A DNA stretch of 64,000 nt from assembly GCF_001194135.2 (NCBI RefSeq), contig NC_068992.1, positions 44,699,614-44,763,613 on the forward strand. Direction: 5' to 3'. Source of the stretch: Octopus bimaculoides. Its lineage: Eukaryota. A program made the translations under genes and the position numbers. The notes below the pieces were generated by a model, which was given only the letters and a program-made list of their open reading frames with translations, searched no databases and was not told the origin of the DNA. How positions within the stretch are numbered: position 1 is the stretch's first letter; each line of letters starts with the position of its first letter. Shown in pieces: positions 53,008 to 64,000 of this stretch.

Positions 53008-54749
53008 TATATGTATATCTGTCTATTCATCTGTCTGTTTGCTGTATGTATGTATGTATGTATGTATGTGTATGTATGTATGTATGTATGAATGTATGTA
53101 TGTATGTATGTATGTGTGTATGTCTATGTATGACTATGTAGTGAGACTAAATTGAAGTAATTGATTACTTTGTTTCGACAATTACGGAATTAATTATAGT
53201 AATTTGTAACGTAGCGTTTAATTAATCAATGATTTTTTAGTTTCTTTTATTTCACAATTCACATCATCTGTCAAATGCCATACATTACCATTTGTACTGT
53301 AAAGCAAATTTATATCAGATGTACGTGTGTTAATGAGGTGAAGCTTAGCTGAGATGTATAATGGATCACTGAACATATAACTATTTATAGTAATAGCAAC
53401 ACCTAAAAACAATTTATTCAGATCGCTTCCTGATTTCTTCAGCTTAGCTTCGAATGGCAATAAGAAATGACCTTGATGATAGTATATCGATATGAACCCC
53501 AGCATGCACATCTAACAGTGTGCGGTCGATGCTGTCGAAACGTACGTTGTTCCACGAAAGAATGCTCTAAATAGCTGTTTAATAAAATTATAGATGTGGA
53601 ATATCTCCGTTCACCTGATTACTATTAATACTATATACATATACATATTCAAATTGAGGGAGTGGAACAGGTAAAATACACGCAAAATATGTTTATTAGT
53701 AAGCAGTAGCTCTTAATATAATAGTTATCCAAGGAGCTATGCTCAGTGTATTTAATTCAATGTATTCATTTTCATCCTATATTATAAATTTAAATCATAA
53801 TTATATCTGTATTTTAAATTCATTTTTTTTTATTTTTATATTTGTTTAAAAATAATATAACTTATATAATATTGTATTTTTATATAATTTATAAATCTAT
53901 GTTTTGATATTTTGATATTGTCTACACATTAATTCACCTCTCCTTTAATTAATCTATTCGTTACGTCTTGATCTCTTTCTCTTCTTTTTTTTATTTCCTC
54001 TTTACTGCTTTCTGTCTTTCTCTTTTCCCTTTATCTTTTTATCCTATTTAGTAGTCTTTTCCATCTCAATACTTACATACAAGCATACATACGTATATAC
54101 ATACATGCATACATACACACATACATACATATATGTATACATATGTATATACGTTGATGATATACATATCATGGATGCTCTGGGATGCATCATCAGTGAT
54201 GCAGATGCACACCTACACTATTGTGTAGCCAAACTGATACGGTTTTAAAATGATATCTCTGTAATTAGGGAATTAGGGAGATAGCAATTTAAATGTAATA
54301 GATTTAATGATTTAATGATTTGTAATTATATTAGGCTTTCGAATTACTATGCCAAAATGTTTATCGACGAAATTTCCATGCAGGGCATAGACATTGTGGG
54401 TGTGTCAATATATGAAAGATGCAGGTAATGTTTTTTCCTTACTTTGTTTCACATAAAAGCTGCAGGACTTGTCCTTTATTGATCGTATACAAAAGCATGT
54501 GAGTTGGTTTGAAATCTGTACATTGACATTTCTAAGCATGCACAACCACAGAGGGAGCAGAAGAACTGTATATAGGGCCATTTAAAGTAACCGAGATTGT
54601 AATCTTTCGCTTTCCAGGCGTCAAAGATTTTCAAATTCGTTTTAAAGCTATTTGGCACTGACAGAGCTATTTTTCAACTGCCTGAAACAAGTAGTAAACG
54701 AAGGTTGTCTGTCTGTCTGCTTGTTTATCCATCTATCTATCAACTATAT

Positions 54750-56008
54750 AAACCACCCTATCAGGAGCTTTTAAGCTACTTTTCTAATACGTCTGGCGAG
54801 CTAGCAGAGCGGTTAGCGCGACGAACAAAATGCTTAGCTCTTCTGGCTCATATTCCAGGTTTGGGCATCACACTTACTGAAGAAGAAAACATGAATGTAT
54901 TCCAATTATATTTGAAGCAACAAATTATTTCCGAGGCAACAATACAGTATCTAGGATGTAGGTAATCCTGCTCGAAATAGCAAGCAAATCTGCTTTAGTA
55001 TCCAACTTATTCCACAAGGGAATGAAAACATTGCATAATGTGATTCTAAATTCACACTAACAGGAGGGTAAAATGACAGTGTTTCAACTGGGCGCATTTA
55101 TAGGCAGAATCGTTAGACTGTGGGAAAATAGTTCACCGTCTTGGCTCTTTATGATCTGAGTTCAAAGCCTGACATGGCTGACTATACTTTACTTCTCTCC
55201 GGGTCGATAAATTAAATTACTAGTTAGGTGGTGAATTCAATTTAATCGACTTAATTTGAAGTAACAGTCAAAAGATGGAGTCAATGTAATCGAGCAAAGA
55301 ATGGTATTCTGCATTCTCTACCACTACTACCTATATTACTACTGTCACACACGCTATGACTCATGAAAGTAGTACTCGCCGTCCCTTCCATCATTCCTCC
55401 AACTTTATATGCAATAAATATTGAATTTAGTTTCTTAGATTGATGCACTGATTGATGCTCTGATGTAGTTGACGTCTCTTCAAGCGCCAGTGCCTCGCTT
55501 TGTAGCAGTTGTAACCAGCGGTAGCATCAGGAATACAGAGAAAGTTGGCTAATATGCAGTAGCCATCAAAATGTTCAATATATACTTCTCGGTGAGAAGT
55601 TTGCCAAGCTTTTTGGGCAAAACAACTAATTGAATTTGGAAATAAGATAGTTTCTTTGCTGATACCACACGAATATTTGGAAAAGGAAAAGCAGAAATAG
55701 CTAAAGAGACAATGGAATAGTAATGTGTGTTAGTTAACAACCGGCCAATGAAAATAGACATCGATGCATAAGTAAAAGACTTCTTGAGAGCTATTTGGAA
55801 TGATATCAGCTTTGTTCCTGAATCAAATAATGCGTCAATGTCGAAGTTAGAGTCTTCTCTGATGTACACACAAATGTATTCAACTGTCTACTGTAAAAAT
55901 ATCGCAAAGAACCAGAAGAGCTAAGCGTTTTGTTCGTCGCGCTAACCGCTCTGCCAGCTCGCCAGACGTATTAGAAAAGTAACTTAAAAGCTCCTGATAG
56001 GTTGGTTT
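54750..56008. repeat. Inverted repeat, 97-bp arms (54750-54846 and 55912-56008), 4 mismatches, 1065-bp spacer
   Basis: Arms aligned base by base. Confidence 0.95.
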
Positions 56009-56874
56009 TTAAGCTAGTGCGTAACTTTTAAGCAACTAACCCCGAATGGGAAGATCTACAAACAGATCTCTAACTTGTTTTGGAGAATTTGTTGCAATTG
56101 CTTCCTACGGAGTCATGTCCCAATGATGATCATATTCATCGCTAAGAACCATGTAAAAGAAAGAAAAAAAAAACGCCGTAAACAATCGTAGTAATGAAAA
56201 CATAAGAATCCAAAATTTCAGGATTCCAGGTCTGGATTCGGTCCGGAATGCTTTTAATTTACTCACGGAGTCAGCCTGATTCCAAAATGGTCTGATATGT
56301 TGGGCTACGGCATCTAGGAGTAAAGTTGAAAACGTGTGTCACACTGACACACTGACTTTCATATTTATTATATTAGATATGTTTAATTGTGGGGAAACTG
56401 TATTTCAATTAAAGTTTATCATATATATAAACAATATATGAGTATATGCATATATCTGTACATGTATGTACATACCTTCATCTACATGTACATATAAATA
56501 CATAACTGGGTTCATGACGTGGCAAAAGAACATGGACAAAATGATAAATAAGGTACAACAAACAAGCAAGCCACATAGAAACATCTCCTTCATCAGCTGC
56601 CACCATTAAAACACCGGCGTTTCGAAGAATTAAGGCAGTACGCATCGTTGAAATGGTTCTTCCCACGAACACAAATTAAATTATTTTCGCGGAGGGTAGT
56701 GGCGGACGGAAAACAAGACAAGAAAACGAAACGGTGAATAAACAAACAAGTAAAGAGGCTGTACAGCCGGACGGGAAGTGTGTATGTATTGAACGCTGTG
56801 AAGCACGAACAGGAGGGGCAAAGTTCTGTCCAGGATAGTTGTACATCATTTCTCCCTTTCCCTCACATGCCCGC

Positions 56875-56881
56875 TCTCTCT

Positions 56882-56973
<92 letters not shown>
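56875..56973. repeat. (CT)n/(GA)n microsatellite
   Basis: Directly visible. Confidence 0.97.
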
Positions 56974-56974
<1 letters not shown>

Positions 56975-57567
56975 ATCATTACTCCCATCGCCAGCATGAA
57001 AACTACTACTTTTAATAAAACATCATTAACTCTCCTTAAATTTCTTTGTCCCGCTTTCTCCCGCTTTCTCCCTCTTTTTCTCTCCTTCCCTCTTTCTCTC
57101 TGTGTCTGTGTCTTTGCCACTGTCCTCACTGTCTCTATGCCTACTATTACTGTTATCCCAGCACGAGGAAGTGTCATTGAATAGTGAGAGAGGGAGTTTC
57201 AAAGTGTGACACACTAGCACACAGAAACAGAAATTAGTTTTCGCATTTATTATATTAGATGGCGTATATTTCTGATCATTTTGTGGGTGCAGTTATATAG
57301 TACACTATACCTATGAAGAACATTTTACGGAGGGGTTTATACAGTAAAACATGACAATAAATAACGCTTGGCAGGATAGGTTATACAAATCTATTTATCT
57401 ACTGACCGTAGCAAAATTTTATGTCAAAACCTAAAGAAAACAAAGAAAAGCGTTTTGTCCAATTATCCATCGCCTTTTCATGTGGTAAAATGACACACTA
57501 AATGATTGATTCCATAATAATGCGCTGCTGTGCGCTATTCTGTAAAAAAAATGTAGTTTGGTACAGT

Positions 57568-59600
57568 ACAAGAACTTCGAAAATATGTATTTGAAACTGA
57601 AAAAAAAAATCCCCAAAAGTCTTTCTAACTATGTTTTATACACTGAACAAATAAATAAGTGATAAATTATAATCTGTGGTCATAAAAAAAGAGTTATTTT
57701 GATATTACCTTTGAGGAATGATTTAAGAAAATAACTTTACAAAGTAAGTGATTGAAACTTTGCAAGTGAAAAAAATCTCCAATAAATTTAATATCAGCTC
57801 TTGCAAGTATTAGAACGTAAGTCTATTTGGATACTCACAATGCTGCTATTGTGCTGGAAAAAAAAATAGATGACAATCTAGTAGATAAACAAATATAGTA
57901 TATGTTTTATAGCTGGAATCCATCTGAAAATTAATGAAATAAATTCTAATTGTTAATGTAAAGGGTGATTAGTTCCAGTGCTCGCATCGTTAACGTACGG
58001 AAACAATAATGCATTTCTGGATAGTATTCTAAGATATTACTTGTGACTTTCTTTGACTTCTTCATCTCCAGAATTCTCACTTTGTATTGAGATAAGGAAA
58101 AAATTGTTTAGACTCACCAACATCTCCTAGGTAATCTACTTTGTGAATTTAATTATCATTTTCATATACACTGGAGATATAATCAAACCAAGAATAAGTA
58201 TAATAAAAATATTTCTGTGCATACTGCAGGTTGTTCTAGAGTTCTGGACTGACGCCGAAATATTGTGATACTTAGACCTTCAAGACAATGAAGTATCATT
58301 TTACAGTTGTTGCGGTTACTTAGAGAAGTGAATAGTTCACGGATTATTGCAGAGGGAAAATGGAGCATTTAATATTTTGCTGCCTTATCGACAGATAAAA
58401 TATTATTACACCAGCGATAACAACAAACCTCTGAACTCTGTTCGGAATTTCATGTAGATCATACGTTCGCATATCTACACTGCCTATTATGCTTATTCAA
58501 ATATTGCCAATAGTCATTAACTTTGTGATCTAGATTTCTGGTTTTGAACACAGTTGAAGTCTCGCAAAGTAATCCAAGCAACTGCTGTTAGAAGTGAAAA
58601 TGATGATTGTGAGAATAGTCAGTGTTTTAAATGTTAACGTATTGGTAGCAACATGCATAAATCGATTTGTCACTCGATGTTTGGTATGGATGTAACAATA
58701 GATCGATTTCAATCATTTATCTATAAAAAAATATTATGGAGCACGCAAACCCAACACAACTAACACACACACGTACACATCACGATACACAAACGTACAC
58801 GTACATATCAATTCCTAACTACATATCTGTCTATTGTCTGTGTGTGTGTGTATATATGTGCGCACTTGTGTGTGTTTGTGTTTGTCCCCCAACCATCACT
58901 TGACAACCAATATCTATTTAATCCCTTTATCTATTTGTCTATTTATCTATATCTCTATCTATCTATCTGTCTGCCTGCCTGCCTGTCTGTCTGTCTGTAT
59001 GTATGTATGTTATTAGTATAGTAACATCTACAAAAAGCTACTTCTTTTCCACTCACCAAAGTAAATGGAGCGAAGAAATTGTATCATCAGACGCTATCCA
59101 ATGATCATAGAGTGTTCGGACTCTGAGCCATAACAAGAATTTCGAAACTATATATTTGAAACTAAAACAATTCCAAGTCTTTCGAAACTATATATTTGAA
59201 ACTAAAACAATTCCAAGTCTATCTAACTATGTTTTATACACTGAACTAATGAGTGATAATTTATAGTCTTTGATAAAAAAAACGAAGTTACTTTGTTATT
59301 ACCTTTGAGGAATGATTTAAGAAAATAACTTCCCAAACTAAGTGATTAAAACTTGGTAAGTGAAGAAACCTCCAATAAATTTAATATCAGTTCTTGCAAG
59401 TAATAGGAGGTAAGTCTATTTGGATACTCACAATGCTGCTATTGTGCTGGAAAACCAAAAAAAAAAACCAAATAACAATCGGGTAGATAAACACATATAT
59501 TGTATGTTTTATAGCTGGAATTCATCTGAAAATTACAAAATAAGCACGAATTCCTAATGTAAAAGGTGATTAGTTCCAGTGGTTGTATCGTTAAGGAGCA
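57568..59600. repeat. Direct segmental duplication, about 440 bp (57568-58005 and 59133-59600), offset about 1.59 kb
   Basis: Colinear alignment of roughly 80% by eye, with an identical 45-nt core at 57817-57861 and 59410-59454. Confidence 0.92.
59141..59220. repeat. Perfect 40-bp tandem duplication
   Basis: ttcgaaactatatatttgaaactaaaacaattccaagtct x2. Confidence 0.97.
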
Positions 59601-59680
59601 GAAGCATCGAGAATCGAAACCACAAGCATAAGATCATAAGTGCAACACCCTAACAATTAAGTCATGAGCCTCCTCATATG

Positions 59681-59713
<33 letters not shown>

Positions 59714-59789
59714 TTATGTATGTATGTATGTATGGATGGATGTATATATGCGTGTCTATCTATCTATCTATCTATCTATATATATATAA

Positions 59790-60585
59790 TATTATTAGGG
59801 ACAAAATCCAAAATTACAGGTAAAAAACTCAATTAAAATCAATTTATAAAAAATTAAAATTAAATTGAGCCTTATAGATAAAGTATATATAAAATATATA
59901 TAGTTTTACGGAAAATAACCAATTTTCAAGAACTCATCGATGAAAATCCACTATCACATATAGAAAAATTAATAATTAAAAGCACAATAAATGAGTATAA
60001 TATAAAGTAAAGTAAATATCATAAGATAAATATAATATATATATATATAGATATAGATATACAGGGCAGGGAATCGTCAATTAGTAATAAAATTAATAAT
60101 TAACAATTTTGCCGGGTAGCTCAGTATGAAAAAACCTTATCGGTAAAGCCATTTATAATCATAAATATATAAGGATTAGCAGTAACCTGCTTCTCCAACA
60201 TACTGAGAATTCAGAAATAGCAGCCAAAGAACTACTGATTCCAAAACTACAAATTTTTCTCCAGATTGATAGCGATATTTATGACACACACAGAACAAAA
60301 AACAGAAGAGAAGAGTAAAAAAACAACTTGCCTTTCGTTAATTTAGTACGACGTTTCACAATTAAGAGCATGAAATACTCCATTCTGATCTTCAGCTAAA
60401 TATTCTAATAAATCTGCTAATGTCTAAATAACTCACGTTAATTTTGACCATGCGACATCAAGACCACGTGAGGCAGACATTAAGAAATTTGTCGGCCAGT
60501 GAGTTTAAAATCTCTCACCCTAATGAAATTCAATTCAGTGTGTATCATAAATAGTCCCGCATAGAAAAAAGTCCCGTACGAACTT
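59790..60585 (-). mobile_element. Penelope-like terminal-repeat remnant with a hammerhead fold, bounded by (AT)n on both sides
   Basis: Hammerhead at 60341-60401; 60124-60327 is homologous to both arms of the 61042-61384 palindrome; no ORF is visible, so PLE identity is inferred. Confidence 0.55.
60341..60401 (-). ncRNA. Type I hammerhead ribozyme fold, canonical core
   Basis: Minus strand ATTTAG-CTGAAGA-T-CAGAATG-GAGTA-TTTCA-TGCTC-TTAATTG-T-GAAAC-GTC-GTA-CTAAAT; 6-bp stem I; GTA triplet; base of stem II imperfect. Confidence 0.7.
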
Positions 60586-61041
60586 ATATATATATATATT
60601 ATTGATAATATCTACAAAAGCTTCTTCTTTTTCACTCCCCAAAGTAAATAGAGCGACGAAATATCAGACTGTATCCAACGATCACCGAGTGTTCCGACTT
60701 TGAACCTTAACAGCCTCCCGTTTGTAGGTCAACAAAGGTAGCTAAATCACTCCTACACCCTGAGTTCCAGTTTATCTCTTTTGCTTCATATCCAAGAAAA
60801 GGTTCTTTCGGCTGCCTCTCCATCATGTGCACAGACACTTTTCGCTTTTATCCTCTCATTCCAGTAGTGGTAAGCATCCGCCACACTGACTGGGCAGGGA
60901 ATTCCCCTACAGTCAGCTTCCATTGGGGAACCTCATGACCGCCACCATTCCTCCCTGCAATCCTTCAGAATACATATACGTATTATATACCGTTAGATAG
61001 CAGAGAGACATTTACTGCCTTTGTATATATATACATATATA

Positions 61042-61384
61042 TATAATCATAAATATCTAGGGATTGATAGTAACCTGCTTCTCCAACATACTGAGAATTC
61101 AGAAATAGCAGCCAAAGAACTACTGATTCCAAGACTACAAATTATTACTCCAAATTGATAGCGATATTTTTGATACACACAGAACAAAAAACAGTAGAGA
61201 AGAGTGAAGTGGTTTTTTCACTCTTCTCTACTTGTTTTTTGTTCTGTGTGTATCAAAAATATCGCTATCAATTTGGAGTAATAATTTGGAGTTTTGGAAT
61301 CAGTAGTTCTTTGGCTGCTATTTCTGAATTCTCAGTATGTTGGAGAAGCAGGTTACTGTCAATCCCTATATATTTATGATTATA
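61042..61384. repeat. Foldback palindrome, 167/168-bp arms, 8-nt spacer (61209-61216)
   Basis: Arms differ by about 4 substitutions and 1 indel; the sequence is a paralogue of 60124-60327. Confidence 0.93.
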
Positions 61385-62204
61385 AATGATTTTACCGAAA
61401 AGGTTTTTTCATANNNNNNNNNNNNNNNNNNNNNNNNNNNNNNNNNNNNNNNNNNNNNNNNNNNNNNNNNNNNNNNNNNNNNNNNNNNNNNNNNNNNNNN
61501 NNNNNNNNNNNNNNNNNNNNNNNNNNNNNNNNNNNNNNNNNNNNNNNNNNNNNNNNNNNNNNNNNNNNNNNNNNNNNNNNNNNNNNNNNNNNNNNNNNNN
61601 NNNNNNNNNNNNNNNNNNNNNNNNNNATATATATATATATATATATATATACATTTAATACACACTACAGACACACATACATACACGTGTATGTGTGTGT
61701 GCACATCTATGTATATATGTGCAATATAAGCATACGTAATATACTGGTTTTGTTACAACCTTGACTGACCATAATTACCAGCGTATCATTTTATATATAT
61801 GTTTAGTGAGATAATAACGTTGAAGATAATAATAATTCAGTGAGTTCAATCTATATTAATCTATATTAAATAGTTGCTTCCTTATGATCGACACTTGTAC
61901 ATAGATCATAAAAAAAAAAAAAAATTGCATGTTTAGCCTTGTCTGACTGAACATGCAGTTGTTATCTTGAATTGTGCATATGATGGTGAAATTATGCATG
62001 CAAGCCACATAAATTTGCGAGATAAATCTTTATTGAATGTTAAGTTCAGCACCAAAAATATTGTTTCTGACAGCTGTTATGTTGATAGCTGAATGTCGAA
62101 TGAACCACTTAAATTCCGCAGCGATACAGTTATTGACGATATCTGATCAACAGCTGAAATAATGGCGTATATACCAAGGAGGCCAAATGAAGTGTCGGCT
62201 GAAA

Positions 62205-63070
62205 TATACATGGGCTAACAATGGTTCTTTCCAGGAATGTCCCCAAATGAGGTTTATTTTTCAACATAGTCCCCCTTTCAGTTCATACACTTCAGTCAAT
62301 ACACTTCTATTCAGTCGATACACTTCTAACTCATCAACAGCAAATAAGAGGTCATCATCACAGCGATACTGCTTCCCAACCAAGTGTTTTCAGAAGCTGG
62401 GGAATAGATGATAGTGAGATGGTGCCAAATCAAGAGAAGAGGGAGGGTGATCAATAAGTTCAAAGGCACAGTCACACGCACCAGGCATTGAATTCAAGGA
62501 CTTTTGTATTGGCGCATTATCCTGATGGTACAAGACCGCTTTCGTCAGTTTTCATGGCCATTCGGTTTTGATAGAAAGTTAGCATAGTACTGTCCATTGA
62601 TCGTGTGGCACTTTTGAAGATAGTCAATAAACACAACACCTTCCTTGCAAATAAAACAACCCTGGCTTTCTTTGGAGCAGGTGAAAAGGGATGTTTCCAC
62701 TGCATGTATTGTCTCTTTGCCTCTGGCTCAAAATGATGAACCCAACACTCATCCTGGCTTAGGAAACATTCAAGGAAACCAGTTGGATCTCCATCAAACA
62801 ATGGAAGCCTGTTGCGCTTTTGATCATGTGTCAGAAGACTTGGCATTCACCGAGCAGAATATTCGTCAGTCAAGCTCATTGTGTAGTATATTCTCAATTC
62901 TGTCACGGAATATGCTAATAGCATTGGCTATTTGATTTATAGCCCATCGCCAGTCATCCCATAATATAGCAACCATGCCAGTATGGATGTCATTCTGTGT
63001 TAAAACCTTTTTCTACAGCTACCTGGTAATAACCATGATGTCAACTTTTCAAGAGAAGTTGCTACTAGTT
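62205..63070 (-). mobile_element. mariner transposase remnant
   Basis: MPSLLTHDQKRNR (decayed WVPRLL), DECWVHHFEPEAKRQYMQWKH (DETWVH motif) and a decayed C-terminus. Confidence 0.88.
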
Positions 63071-63137
63071 CCATTTAAAGTCTTCTTTGAGCAGTCAGTT
63101 TTCAGTTGGGAAGGAAGCTTCTCACCACACAACCAGA

Positions 63138-63138
<1 letters not shown>

Positions 63139-63226
<88 letters not shown>

Positions 63227-63229
63227 CAC
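63139..63229. repeat. (CA)n microsatellite
   Basis: Directly visible. Confidence 0.97.
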
Positions 63230-64000
63230 ATGCATATATGTATGTGTGTGTACACATTATCTACGAATATTTCTCGATGTTTGTGTAATTATCAATTACG
63301 TGCTCATTAACTGTTTGGGTATTTTTAGAGAAGAGTTTTTGAAGAATGTATGACACGACGAGAGTTCGATTATGTAGGTGGTGTTGATTTCTATAAATGG
63401 CAGCGTTTAATATTGTAGGATATTATTTGTGGAGATATTTGTTACTAAGCAATGGTCATCTCTTTGTAATGTTTTAAATATTTGGCATGGCTTATGATAG
63501 ATAATCTTAAATCTGTTTGCTGTCAATCCGATATAATTTATGCTTTTCTGATCACAAAGATGTCACAAAGACAGCAGGGATCACTGATATTTATAGAAAA
63601 TAGCCATTTACTGGATTTACATTTGACGAATTATATTTATATTTCCATATACTAATGTTATTTCTGCTATGGCAATTTGAAATGTTTATTACAATTATTG
63701 ATTGATGATATTATCAAAGTTGCGAGTATTTGGCCGTCTTAGACAGAATTTGGATTAACGTATGCTTTATAATCATATCTAGAACAAAAGTTGCTATGTT
63801 CAGTCATTTCAGCTGTTGATATCGATTGAATGTTGTGGATAAAACCGAATGAATTTTTTTCCAAATGAATACGGAATATTCTACCCAACTATTTCGTTCC
63901 ATCCACCACTTTGGTAAAATTTCATCAAAGTAGACAATTTCATTACCATTGTACTATAAGTATGCCTCATCTCACTGGAAATATAACTCCACATTTTCAA

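Noticed and set aside
53515-53548. Stem followed by CGAAAC-GTAC-GTT (3' half of a hammerhead)
   Set aside because: The CUGANGA box and stem I partner are absent; at most a relic.
56200-57260. Two minus-strand ATCTAATATAATAAAT starts (near 56378 and 57260) resembling Helitron/DINE-type 5' ends
   Set aside because: No matching 3' hairpin or terminal motif could be identified by eye, so the class cannot be supported.

Overview
AT-rich eukaryotic genomic DNA, dense in microsatellites, with 11 N gaps. The two tRNA-derived SINE families and the repeat landscape look like an octopod cephalopod; this is recalled resemblance, not a database hit. Only one protein-coding gene is confidently supported: a minus-strand class A (rhodopsin-like) GPCR with an intronless CDS (43098-44318, 406 aa) whose ATG lies 1 nt downstream of a splice acceptor. 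The rest is mostly decayed mobile DNA: Gypsy LTR plus gag, a solo LTR, an RTE LINE, L1/Tx1 scraps, Tc1/mariner remnants, a Tigger/pogo-like MITE, many SINEs, and a same-strand cluster of R4/Dong-like RLE retrotransposons in (TAA)n arrays. The most notable unexplained structure is a set of type I hammerhead ribozyme (HHR) folds in unrelated sequence contexts. Four are well formed (42-78 +, 2529-2591 +, 12732-12784 +, 60341-60401 -) and several are degenerate. One lies in a 338-bp-period partial tandem repeat with retrozyme/Penelope-like architecture. Another belongs to an element whose post-cleavage sequence also forms a 343-bp foldback palindrome. Also seen: a 97-bp, 96% identical inverted repeat around 1.07 kb, and a duplicated segment preserving a candidate 15-nt microexon. 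All folds and alignments were done by eye and none was computed. Most ORFs in the supplied track are microsatellite or N-gap artefacts.
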